From the IMG/VR virus record IMGVR_UViG_3300030419_008098, positions 32,745 to 96,744 of that record: 64,000 bases of DNA. The stretch is one strand, 5' to 3'. The DNA is from a virus. The position numbers and the translations under genes were made by a program. This document shows positions 50,000 to 59,144 of the stretch, piece after piece. The first letter of the stretch is position 1, and every line of letters starts with the position of its first letter. The notes beneath the pieces were generated by a model, which saw only the letters and a list, made by a program, of their open reading frames with translations, was not told the DNA's origin and searched no databases.

Positions 50000-50098
50000 T
50001 TAAGTACCGTGGGCCGGAGGCTTCACCAAGAATAAGGCTCCAGCTCTTATAACTGTTTTGCCAAATTTTTTTAAAATTAATGTAGTCTTTTTAGCCAT
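50000..50098 (-). CDS. Possible small basic peptide (32 aa, absent from ORF track)
   Basis: MAKKTTLILKKFGKTVIRAGALFLVKPPAHGT; GTGTA motif at 50121-50125. Confidence 0.4.
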   Translation of the reverse strand: MAKKTTLILKKFGKTVIRAGALFLVKPPAHGT

Positions 50099-50148
50099 GA
50101 GTCCAGCTCTCTATTCTATATACACCGGAGCTCACCGTAAATATGGAC

Positions 50149-50478
50149 TTAAGTTATTTCCAGAATATTTACCGTAGCATCGAGAAGACCTGATACATCT
50201 TTAGCTTGCAGGTAATCATTCGCCTCCAGCACTACCGGAGCCGACAAAGGCTGAAGGGTAGACTGATTAGGTACCATTACCCCGCTCATTAAGTAAGTAG
50301 TGCGCCCATTCGAATTATCGTAGAAACGCATAGTTGCCAGAGTTTCCACGCCTGTGTTTCGGTTAGCTAAATAAATGCTATTTATCATCGCTGTAGTGCC
50401 AGCGGGGCAACTATAAATACCGCTCCAGGTGTCAGCGGTTTCCATATTGGTGCCAGATACTTTATAAGTTTGAGCCAT
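50149..50478 (-). CDS. Small virion structural protein
   Basis: IYSCPAG, SIYLAN, VVLEANDYL, ILEIT pattern typical of tail-associated small proteins of marine phages. Confidence 0.65.
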   Translation of the reverse strand: MAQTYKVSGTNMETADTWSGIYSCPAGTTAMINSIYLANRNTGVETLATMRFYDNSNGRTTYLMSGVMVPNQSTLQPLSAPVVLEANDYLQAKDVSGLLDATVNILEIT

Positions 50479-50524
50479 TGTTATATTATATACACTTGTT
50501 AAGGAGAATTAAATAAAAATATTA

Positions 50525-50758
50525 TTAAGGCCCTACGCCATTTGACCACTCAGCGGTTTGGAGAATTTCCATAATTTCGGAATGAGTATAGAGAGTTTTT
50601 CCTTCTAAGAACGAGGGAGGGGTTCCTCGGTATTTTACTAAAAACAAAGTATTATCCACAGAATACCGCAACGTACCAGGGGCACTCTCCATTATTTCAC
50701 TGAAATTAACCGTAGAAATATCGGCGGCCTCCAGAATTATGTAGTTAGTTGGATTCAT
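50525..50758 (-). CDS. Small conserved phage protein downstream of the LamG gene
   Basis: VNFSEI..TLRYS..KY.G..P.FL..YTHSEI..EW; start set at MNPT. Confidence 0.55.
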   Translation of the reverse strand: MNPTNYIILEAADISTVNFSEIMESAPGTLRYSVDNTLFLVKYRGTPPSFLEGKTLYTHSEIMEILQTAEWSNGVGP

Positions 50759-50759
50759 T

Positions 50760-51581
50760 CTAAGATGGAACATCTTCTTTATACAGAGGGCCGTTGTTTA
50801 AGGCCGCTGTTGCCCCAGAAACGGAACCGTTATTATTAACCGATGTTGGTGTGGAAGTATCTACAGTTGGACTCTGGGTATCTCCCATCCTCCACCAATA
50901 CAGCGGAGAATAAGGAGCTAAATCTGTAGGTGTGCCCGAGTTATATATTTCCCCCACATCCGAAGCAGAAAGCACAGATCTCCACACGCCCACTTCATCT
51001 ATATTGCCCGCAAATTCATAGTTACTGTCTTCCCGCCGACCTATGAAAAACGTAGAATCATGAGAAGAAACTGTCATCGTACCCAACGTTTCAGCCGAAC
51101 CATTAATATACAGTTTAACTCCATTAGTAGCCCCGCTTTCAATAGTAACGGCTACATGGCTCCATACGTCAGCTTCCACCGTGCCTACACTATTAAGTTG
51201 TATTCCTCCCCCATAAACAGATAAATTGCAAGGATAGGCACCGTTACGGATATACAGAGAGTACTGGCGATTCCCTGCACTTTCTCCTGAGTCTACCTTG
51301 GTCCATATGAATTTAAAATTAGTAGAAGAGGAGTCTGGCTTTATCCATGCCGAAATAGTTATGTCGCCAGCGCTATTTAAGTCTGCGCTAGACGCTACTT
51401 CCAAATAATCATCGGCGCCATCAAAGAGTAAAGACCATTTATTATCAAAAGAGGACGAGGGGGCCTTAAGAAGAAAATTTCCCCCTAGTCTCTCTAAGTA
51501 GTGTTTTTTTAGGCCATAAACACCAGCCTTCGCAGTGCGTTTGTCTTTACCTATATAGCCACTGTTTCCGTGTCTACTCAT
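50760..51581 (-). CDS. LamG/concanavalin-A-like domain virion protein
   Basis: SLLFDGADDY, TISAWIK, WSHVAVT, KLYING, GNIDEVGVW, WWRMGD; start set at MSRH (ATGA overlap). Confidence 0.85.
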   Translation of the reverse strand: MSRHGNSGYIGKDKRTAKAGVYGLKKHYLERLGGNFLLKAPSSSFDNKWSLLFDGADDYLEVASSADLNSAGDITISAWIKPDSSSTNFKFIWTKVDSGESAGNRQYSLYIRNGAYPCNLSVYGGGIQLNSVGTVEADVWSHVAVTIESGATNGVKLYINGSAETLGTMTVSSHDSTFFIGRREDSNYEFAGNIDEVGVWRSVLSASDVGEIYNSGTPTDLAPYSPLYWWRMGDTQSPTVDTSTPTSVNNNGSVSGATAALNNGPLYKEDVPS

Positions 51582-52669
51582 CGCATAAACATTACAAAAG
51601 CTTCCGTTGCACCTGCCGTAGAAGTTCCACCACCACAATCTACTTGGCAATAAGCGCCATCCGAACCGGTAATATAAACCTGCCCACTTACCCACAATTC
51701 TCCAGAGACCTCTACTTTATTTCCACTTACAGACAATAAGGTGTCCCCGGTTCCCACGCTCAATTCATCCTTAAAATATCCTGTATTTCCACTGACTGCC
51801 AGAAAAACCCCAGTGCCAGTAGTATTAAACTGTGTCCCTATTAAGACCAAGCCGGTCCCCGCCGTATAAGCAGTTCCTGCGTTGGTACCGGTAGCTACAG
51901 AAACCCCACTAATCGTCAATTCATCCGTGAACACTCCTTGAGTTCCTGTAATATTTTCAAAAAACGCCGAGCCCGAAGTATTAAACTCCGTTCCCACTAA
52001 AGCTAAACCAGTGCCCGCCGTATACGTGGTGCCGCCACCCCCACCTCCTCCTGCTCCTCCCGTAAGCTGCATAAAAGCGCCGTCATTTCCCGTAACAAAA
52101 GCCCTACGAAAATAAGCATCGCTCTGTCCCGACACGATACCGCTGGCATGAATGGTTTCTAAAACTTGAACACCCCCACTAACATTTAATTTTGCTTCGC
52201 TAAAATGATCAACATGCCCGGTTTTATTAAACCCTAAATTAACATTACCGTTATTACCTCCCGCAAGCCCGCTATAGTAGAGTGTGCCATTGCGAGCAAT
52301 CCAATAAGGAATAATTTGAGTAAGCGTCCCATCTTCCCCTGTACCATATATTCCCCCATCTACCCGTAAGTTTCCTCCGCTAATATGAACCATCGCTTGT
52401 GGGAAGCGGCCTGTAAAACCAGCCCCGGTTTCGAGAGGCAACCCAACCCCTAAGCTATTAAAATTACCTTTATTATATACCTGTAGCGGCCCTTCTATAT
52501 CTACCCCTGTTTTGAAAGTAGCCTTCCCTGTAAAGGTTTTTTCTCCGCTAAAAGTGGCATCCCCACTGATAAAATAATTAATATATTGCCCAGTGGCTAT
52601 AATTTGAGATTGTAAATTACTCAGATCCCCATCAAGGCCGTCAATCTGCTTTGTTTTAATTAAATTCAT
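51578..52669 (-). CDS. Tail-fibre-like virion protein
   Basis: Repeats YTAGTGL.L.GT.FNT.G (x2), poly-Gly linker, very S/T/G-rich. Confidence 0.75.
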   Translation of the reverse strand: MNLIKTKQIDGLDGDLSNLQSQIIATGQYINYFISGDATFSGEKTFTGKATFKTGVDIEGPLQVYNKGNFNSLGVGLPLETGAGFTGRFPQAMVHISGGNLRVDGGIYGTGEDGTLTQIIPYWIARNGTLYYSGLAGGNNGNVNLGFNKTGHVDHFSEAKLNVSGGVQVLETIHASGIVSGQSDAYFRRAFVTGNDGAFMQLTGGAGGGGGGGTTYTAGTGLALVGTEFNTSGSAFFENITGTQGVFTDELTISGVSVATGTNAGTAYTAGTGLVLIGTQFNTTGTGVFLAVSGNTGYFKDELSVGTGDTLLSVSGNKVEVSGELWVSGQVYITGSDGAYCQVDCGGGTSTAGATEAFVMFMR

Positions 52670-52731
52670 ATCTCCTACACATTATACACTTTCTTTAGAC
52701 TTTTTTGTTATTCTATTTAATATCTGGCACT

Positions 52732-53301
52732 ATGAGTTTGTCTTTATATAAGCCTAATGCCAAAAACACGGGAGCGGGATTCAGTTTTCAGATTGGATTG
52801 AACCACAAAACCGGAGAAAGCGTCTTGTATGTCAAGGCCATTAAACAACACAGTTGGGATTCCACTAAAAAACAAGGTTATTTCCAAAAAAATATTGGCA
52901 ATCCCGACAAAAACATCACGATTAAGTTCAATGAGTACGAAATTGGTAATTTAATTTATTCTTTACGGTCTCGGGTGGAATATACAACCTTCCACACCTT
53001 CAATGACGACAAAACTATAATTAAACTCGCCCCCTGGGACAGAAAAGCTAAAAAATCCGTAAAAAACGAAGAAACTGGGGCCTGGGAAGACGAATGGATC
53101 ACGGTTCCCTCCCATGCCCTCTCCTTTAACAGAAACGGTAATCAACTTTTCGGTATAACTATTGATCCCGGAGAAGCCGCAACCATTACAGAGTACCTTA
53201 AGGTGGTTTTAAAGCGTATTTTTCACGAAAGAGCTGACAAACAAATACGTGACATAAAAAAAGGCCAAAATTCCACTAATAGCGAAGATGTACCCTTTTA
53301 A
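52732..53301 (+). CDS. Hypothetical nucleic-acid-binding protein with SSB-like C-terminal tail
   Basis: Beta-rich, ends SEDVPF; start set at MSLS. Confidence 0.45.
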   Translation: MSLSLYKPNAKNTGAGFSFQIGLNHKTGESVLYVKAIKQHSWDSTKKQGYFQKNIGNPDKNITIKFNEYEIGNLIYSLRSRVEYTTFHTFNDDKTIIKLAPWDRKAKKSVKNEETGAWEDEWITVPSHALSFNRNGNQLFGITIDPGEAATITEYLKVVLKRIFHERADKQIRDIKKGQNSTNSEDVPF

Positions 53302-55220
53302 TGAAAAAGAAAAAACTACTTTACCACAGTAATCACTGCAAAGCTTTTACCGGCTTTGGCAAAAACGCCAAAAATATTCTCAAATACCTCCATAAAACCG
53401 GAAAATATGAAATTGTAGAGGCTTCGAATGGTATAGTTTTTGGTGATCCTAAATTAGAGAAAATGCCATGGAAAACCATTGGCACGATTCCTAAAGACCC
53501 CCAAGTCCAGCAAGAATGGAACCGGGATCCCGGCAAGGGAAGGCTTATGGCATACGGTGGGGCGCTCATTGACCAAATAATTAAGGAAGAAAAACCAGAT
53601 ATTTATCTCGGGGTAGAGGATATCTGGGCTTTTAACACTTTCTGGGATAAAAAGTGGTGGAATAAAGTTAACTGCATGGTGTGGACAACCCTGGACAGTT
53701 TACCCATCCTCCCCGAAGCCGTGGCCGCCGCTCCTAAAATTAAAAATTACTATGTTTGGGCGTCGTTTGCCGAGACCGCTTTAAATAAACTAGGTCACGA
53801 TCACGTAAAAACGCTGCGAGGGTCACTAGATACCGATATATTCAAACGTCTCCCCGACGAACATAGAAATCAATTACGCACTAATTACAATTTATCTAAA
53901 GATGATTTTATTATCGGGTTTGTGTTTCGAAATCAATTACGAAAAAGCGTTCCTAATATCTTAGATGGCTTCAAACTCTTTTTAGAAAAAGAACCCAACT
54001 CTAACGCAAAACTACTTCTCCATACTCATTGGGGAGAAGGGTGGGATATCCCGCGCTTGCTCAATGAGAAAGATATAGCCCCCGAAAACATCCTCACTAC
54101 TTACTTCTGTCAAAAATGTCAATCTTATGAAATCAAACCCTTTATGGGTCAAGGTCAAAACTGCCGTTTTTGCGGAGGCGAAAAAACCCAAAACACTACT
54201 AATGTAGGAAGCGGGGTAAGTGATGAGCAATTAAATGAAGTTTATAACCTTATGGATGTTTATTGCCACCCCTTCACTAGTGGTGGCCAAGAAATTCCAG
54301 TTCAAGAAGCTAAATTAACAGAACTTATCACACTAGTCACCAATTACAGCTGCGGAGAAGATAGTTGTTCGCCGGAAAGCGGTGGACTTCCCTTAGATTG
54401 GGCCGAATATCGCGAGCCAGGGACTCAATTTATTAAAGCGAGCACCTCAGCTACGAGTATTTTACGACAGTTGAGCAAAGTCTACAAAATGAAAGACGCA
54501 AAAAAGCGTAGTCTAGAAAAGAAATCTAGAAAATGGGTTCTAGATAACTTCTCTATTCCTGTCATCGGCAGTAAATTAGAAGAAATTTTGGATAAAATGC
54601 CCGCCATAGACTGGGATTTCGACTTTAAAGAACCCCTCCGAGACACAAAATACACACCCCCGCCAATTGAAAGCGACAGTGAGTGGATTATAGATATTTA
54701 TGCCAATGTTTTACGCATGACGGTGGATGAAAACGACCAGGGACACAAACACTGGATGGCAGCCTTAGCTCAAGGCAAAACTCGAGACACTATTTTAGAC
54801 TTTTTTCACCAAACTGCAGCCAAGGAAAATGAAGAAATAGATAAAGAAAGCAAACAAAAAGATCTTCAAGAACTCATTGATGACGATAAAGAAAAACGTC
54901 TTATTGTAGTAATGCCGGGAACCATCGGAGATGTCTACATGTCCACCTCCATTCTTCCTTCCCTGGCCAAACTATATCCAGAATATGCAATCTATTATTC
55001 CACCAAGCCAGAATACTTTGATATCTTAAACGGCAATCCCTATATCCATAAAGTCCTGCCTTTTCATGAACAATTTAATGATTTGCTTTATCTGGAAGGC
55101 CGGGGAGACCATCCAGGCTTTTTTGATATTGCCTTTTTACCCACTATAGGAACTCAGCGAATGTTTAACTATCAACATAACGCGCAAGATAGAATAGAAT
55201 TTGATTTATGCACCTCGTAG
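53301..55220 (+). CDS. GT4 glycosyltransferase with Zn-ribbon insert, DUF4214-like segment and N-terminal half of a GT9
   Basis: TGFG, FRNQLRKS, CQKC/CRFC, GGQEIPVQEA; IYANVLR..G.KHW; PGTIGDV..ILNGNPYIHKV. Confidence 0.8.
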   Translation: MKKKKLLYHSNHCKAFTGFGKNAKNILKYLHKTGKYEIVEASNGIVFGDPKLEKMPWKTIGTIPKDPQVQQEWNRDPGKGRLMAYGGALIDQIIKEEKPDIYLGVEDIWAFNTFWDKKWWNKVNCMVWTTLDSLPILPEAVAAAPKIKNYYVWASFAETALNKLGHDHVKTLRGSLDTDIFKRLPDEHRNQLRTNYNLSKDDFIIGFVFRNQLRKSVPNILDGFKLFLEKEPNSNAKLLLHTHWGEGWDIPRLLNEKDIAPENILTTYFCQKCQSYEIKPFMGQGQNCRFCGGEKTQNTTNVGSGVSDEQLNEVYNLMDVYCHPFTSGGQEIPVQEAKLTELITLVTNYSCGEDSCSPESGGLPLDWAEYREPGTQFIKASTSATSILRQLSKVYKMKDAKKRSLEKKSRKWVLDNFSIPVIGSKLEEILDKMPAIDWDFDFKEPLRDTKYTPPPIESDSEWIIDIYANVLRMTVDENDQGHKHWMAALAQGKTRDTILDFFHQTAAKENEEIDKESKQKDLQELIDDDKEKRLIVVMPGTIGDVYMSTSILPSLAKLYPEYAIYYSTKPEYFDILNGNPYIHKVLPFHEQFNDLLYLEGRGDHPGFFDIAFLPTIGTQRMFNYQHNAQDRIEFDLCTS

Positions 55221-56371
55221 AACAATATGCCTTAAGTTGTGGAGTGAAAATTGACACTCCTTTTGTAGAAACTAGTTATTTTCCTCTTCCTTTTGAAAAA
55301 TATGTAGTAGTTCACCCGAGCAGTGGAATGGGGGCTAAAAACTACGACTACTATAAAGATGTTATTGAATTATGCCTCCCGAGTTTTGCAGAAAATAATA
55401 TAAAAATAGTTCAAATAGGCGGTCCCAAGGACGACCCTTTACCCTTTTGCTACCACACCCAAGGAAGCACTACCTTAAATCAGGTTTTTTATTTAATTAA
55501 GAATTCTCTTCTTTTATTTGGAAACGATTCCTTTAGTGCCCATGTTGCCGGAGGATTTAATAAAAAAAGTGTCTCTCTTTATAGTAACTTATTTCACGAA
55601 TGCTGTAAACCTTATTGGGGAAACCCCAAGGATCAAGTATTTATCCAGGCGGATCGCAAAGGCCTTAAGCCCTCCTTCTCGGCTGAAGAATCTACAAAAA
55701 CTGTTAACAATATTTATCCCGAAGAAGTAGCTAGAAATATTTTAAAACTTTTAAATTTAAAAAACAATTTAAAGGCTTACTCCACTTTACATATAGGCTC
55801 CACTTATAGTCAACCGATCCTAGAAGTAATTCCGGACTTTGCTCCTGTCGGAGGGTTGGTTCCTGCCGATACAGGGATTAATGTACGCCTTGATTATTTA
55901 CACAACCCTGAAATTGCGGCGCAATGGTGTTTTAATTATAAAACCCATCTAGTAATTAAAGAACCCATAGAAATTAAGTTTCTAGAGGCAGTAAAACAGA
56001 ACATTGTTAAAATAACTGTTGAACTTAATGATTCCTTTTCCGAGAATTACATTCGCAAACTGCGCAATTTAGGGATTGCAGTGGAATTGTTTGCTCCCGA
56101 CAATAACCAATTAATGGAAACGAGAGTTGAGTTCATTGATTGGGATGTAGAGAAATTAGACTTTCCTGAGAAAAAAGACCTTGACTTTATAGATGATATA
56201 TGCGATAATACGTATTATAAAAGCTCGAAAACCCTTCTGTCTCACGGCAAACAATACTCCAGTAAGGCTGCATGGGAAGCTAGAGAATCCAAAAGTAAAT
56301 ACGAACCAATCATAGATAGTGAATCCTTCTGGAAAGAATCGCAATATTTTAGAATCTATAATCAGGAATAA
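55208..56371 (+). CDS. C-terminal half of a GT9-like glycosyltransferase plus an extra domain
   Basis: MHLVEQY, VVHPSSG..KNY, VQIGG, FGNDSFSAHVA. Confidence 0.75.
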   Translation: MHLVEQYALSCGVKIDTPFVETSYFPLPFEKYVVVHPSSGMGAKNYDYYKDVIELCLPSFAENNIKIVQIGGPKDDPLPFCYHTQGSTTLNQVFYLIKNSLLLFGNDSFSAHVAGGFNKKSVSLYSNLFHECCKPYWGNPKDQVFIQADRKGLKPSFSAEESTKTVNNIYPEEVARNILKLLNLKNNLKAYSTLHIGSTYSQPILEVIPDFAPVGGLVPADTGINVRLDYLHNPEIAAQWCFNYKTHLVIKEPIEIKFLEAVKQNIVKITVELNDSFSENYIRKLRNLGIAVELFAPDNNQLMETRVEFIDWDVEKLDFPEKKDLDFIDDICDNTYYKSSKTLLSHGKQYSSKAAWEARESKSKYEPIIDSESFWKESQYFRIYNQE

Positions 56372-56373
56372 CG

Positions 56374-57135
56374 ATGCCGCGTCCTAAAAAAAATCCTACC
56401 GTTGAGATTAATAACTCAACGGGACCTTCAACCTTTCTCCGTGACGAGCATGGGTTGCTTCAAAACGTCCAATACACTTTTAATGAGGATGGCTCTGTTA
56501 ATTGGAGAGCTATGATTAAAAACGAACACCTCTTCCCTAACAGGGCTTGGTTTGAATCGCGAGGAAAGGACGTCCCTCACAGCACAGAAGGCCTTAAAGA
56601 CCACCAGCTTCTCATTAAATTAAGCGGAATCAAAGAATTGGCTCGTTTGCGTGGGTTTTCCTCTGTTTCTTTTAAGTCCGAGAAATGCGAAGAGCATCAC
56701 GTTGCCGTAAATTGCACCATGAATTTTATCCCTAATTATGAAACTTGTGGGGAAGAGGTTAGCTTTCAAGACATGGCAAACGCCACCTTGGAAAATACTA
56801 GTAGTTTCGCGACTAAGTTTTTAGAAACCATTGCTTGCAACCGCGCTTTTGTGCGTTGTGTTCGCAATTTCCTCAATGTCCACATTGTTGGTGATGACGA
56901 AATAGATAAATCCGACAAACCTCCAGCAGTGGGAAAAAAGCAAAACCTTAATTCTCTTTCTCCTTATGGTGTTTTGGAAAAACAATTCGGAACCTTTGAT
57001 GACTTCAAGGTTAAACTTCGCGAACTCTGGTCTACAAAACAATATAAAAACGATGCCGTTAAGCAATGGTCTGACTTTTCGGATATACCGGCTAAAGAAG
57101 CTCGTATCTTAATTGGGTTAATTAATTCAGAATAG
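56374..57135 (+). CDS. Conserved phage protein, possibly a single-strand annealing protein
   Basis: LLIKLSGIKELA..., ETIACNRAFVRCVRNFL resembles the Rad52/Erf 'A.xRA.xR' helix; weak. Confidence 0.4.
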   Translation: MPRPKKNPTVEINNSTGPSTFLRDEHGLLQNVQYTFNEDGSVNWRAMIKNEHLFPNRAWFESRGKDVPHSTEGLKDHQLLIKLSGIKELARLRGFSSVSFKSEKCEEHHVAVNCTMNFIPNYETCGEEVSFQDMANATLENTSSFATKFLETIACNRAFVRCVRNFLNVHIVGDDEIDKSDKPPAVGKKQNLNSLSPYGVLEKQFGTFDDFKVKLRELWSTKQYKNDAVKQWSDFSDIPAKEARILIGLINSE

Positions 57136-57455
57136 TGATGGCCTACGTCCTCCTGTCCTGCATAGGCCTGATGTGCATATTGCGCTATGGCTCCATTTTT
57201 AATTGGCCTCGAGATCTTCTGTCGTCCCGTAGTGAAATTTTTGAGGGTTTATTTGATTGTAGTTTATGCCTTGGGTTTTGGTGTGGAATTATAGTGGCGG
57301 GGATTATGTATTTTATAAAGTGGGACCTAAATTATTGTCTTTTACCTTTTGCCTCCGCAGCTATATGTTGGCTTTTCGATGCAATAATTAGAATTTTGCA
57401 GTTGGCCGAAACCTTTTTAAATAATAAAAAAATCCCCCCGAGACCTAGAAAATAA
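57135..57455 (+). CDS. CxxC membrane protein (DUF1360-like), paralog of 38196-38510
   Basis: IGLMCILRYGSI, LFDCSLCLGFW. Confidence 0.65.
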   Translation: MMAYVLLSCIGLMCILRYGSIFNWPRDLLSSRSEIFEGLFDCSLCLGFWCGIIVAGIMYFIKWDLNYCLLPFASAAICWLFDAIIRILQLAETFLNNKKIPPRPRK

Positions 57456-57521
57456 TAAACTAGTTTAAATAGAAAACAAACCCCTGATTCCTTATTATAG
57501 AGGGAACACTACCATTAAGTT

Positions 57522-58361
57522 ATGTCCTTTCCCTCTTCGCCTTCCGAATGTTGCCCTACAGGGTCGGGGTGTATTACAGATTTTCTTTCTGGGGCTGGGG
57601 GAGTTAGTGGATTTAATTTTATTGTTCAAAATAGCCCCTTTCGCACCGGAACAACAGGGAGTGACAGTTGTTGCGACGTTTTATGTTCTGGATTTGAAAG
57701 AATAGATTACGTTAAAGACGGGAGTATTGCTTACGTTAGCATTTATGACGGGGCTGGAGGATATATAGAAAACGCTAGCGGCTCAAGTGGCATTACGTAC
57801 ACCCCTACCACCATGCGAGCTGCCCCCAATACCTGTTGCGAACAACCCCCTACCTTCAACCCGCTCCCTTGTGTCTGCACGGAAATGTATACTTGGTCCC
57901 TTACTTGTACCTATGAGGGAACCACCACACCCTCCCCCATGACTTATACGGCTACTTGCGCATGTTGTATTTCCGGATACAACAATAATTGCGCACCCTT
58001 CCTTTGGAATACTGATACTTGTAAGTTTACCGGACTTTTGTATGACAATGACGGTTATTCTATCTCCACTCTAGCAGGGAGTGGGGAAATATATTTTGAT
58101 CCCTGCAAAAACAAATGGGTGCTGTCTACCTCATGGCCAGGTAGTGCCAATCAATGGCCCGGCGGTGTTTCACTTTTTGCGGATGTTTTAACATGCACCG
58201 GTTTGGGGGAAGGGAGTTTTGAACAACCAGGAAACTTGCCTTACGGTGTTTTTCATGGGGAAGGGGGAGGACTTCCTAGCGGCACAATCTGCTACGAGAG
58301 AGCGGATTGCGGCGCCCCCCGTCCCCCAGATTTTCCAAGCACTTCCAAGGACTGTAGATAA
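57522..58361 (+). CDS. Cys-rich, S/T/G-rich protein (probable virion protein)
   Basis: 21 Cys in 279 aa by hand count, four CC doublets, no signal peptide. Confidence 0.6.
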   Translation: MSFPSSPSECCPTGSGCITDFLSGAGGVSGFNFIVQNSPFRTGTTGSDSCCDVLCSGFERIDYVKDGSIAYVSIYDGAGGYIENASGSSGITYTPTTMRAAPNTCCEQPPTFNPLPCVCTEMYTWSLTCTYEGTTTPSPMTYTATCACCISGYNNNCAPFLWNTDTCKFTGLLYDNDGYSISTLAGSGEIYFDPCKNKWVLSTSWPGSANQWPGGVSLFADVLTCTGLGEGSFEQPGNLPYGVFHGEGGGLPSGTICYERADCGAPRPPDFPSTSKDCR

Positions 58362-59144
58362 ATGTTAATCTACACTCCTATTGAGAAATGCAAAACCGTT
58401 ATTTGTAGTTCTCCCAAATGCGCTTGCCAAACTATTTCTCGGTTAACTTTAAGACTTTTTACCCACCCCTTTTTTAATACCTACCACTTGGGAGCGCCTT
58501 CCGCAAACCCCGACCACCTAAAAGCTCAACAAAAACAATTTACTACCGTCGTCGACCCCTCTTTTAAGAAAATTATTACAACCCGCCACCCCTTAAAACG
58601 GATTTTGAGTTGTTATAATTACATGATCTTAGGATTGCATTCTTATACGCAAGCGAAAAGTGGAGAAAAATGGTTTAAATCTCCTCTGGAAAAATTTACG
58701 GGGAGACCGTTATGTAGCACGACTTTTACGGAATTTATAGATTATATATTAAAAACCCCTGACAACTTACGAGATATTCATTTTTCTACTCAATCGTTTT
58801 TAGCAGAAGATATAAATTTCGATAAAATAATTAGGCTAGAAAACTTTATTGAAGACTTTGAAAATGCCATAACCGATTTAAAACTCCCAGTTGTTCTCCC
58901 AAAACAAATCCAAAGAAATAAAACTAATTACGCCCACTTTAATACCAGCGAACTTACTGAAGAAATTTTAGAAAAAATATATACTATTTACGAGCAAGAT
59001 TTTAAAAAATTCAACTATGCACCCATTAGCCTCCTAGAAATTAAAGAGTATATAAATTCTAAATCCATAGCGGGGCCCGTTCACCAAGGACGCTTAACCC
59101 ATAAATCCCGAGAGTTTAAAAATGAAGGTGTATTGTTTTTATAA
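58362..59144 (+). CDS. Sulfotransferase (Sulfotransfer_2)
   Basis: PKCACQT, RHPLKRILSCY, DIHF..Q, RLENF, IYEQDF. Confidence 0.82.
   Translation: MLIYTPIEKCKTVICSSPKCACQTISRLTLRLFTHPFFNTYHLGAPSANPDHLKAQQKQFTTVVDPSFKKIITTRHPLKRILSCYNYMILGLHSYTQAKSGEKWFKSPLEKFTGRPLCSTTFTEFIDYILKTPDNLRDIHFSTQSFLAEDINFDKIIRLENFIEDFENAITDLKLPVVLPKQIQRNKTNYAHFNTSELTEEILEKIYTIYEQDFKKFNYAPISLLEIKEYINSKSIAGPVHQGRLTHKSREFKNEGVLFL

Noticed and set aside
55195-55220. Programmed -1 frameshift fusing the two GT9 halves
   Set aside because: A TGA lies two codons before the second ATG in that frame, and there is no canonical slippery heptamer
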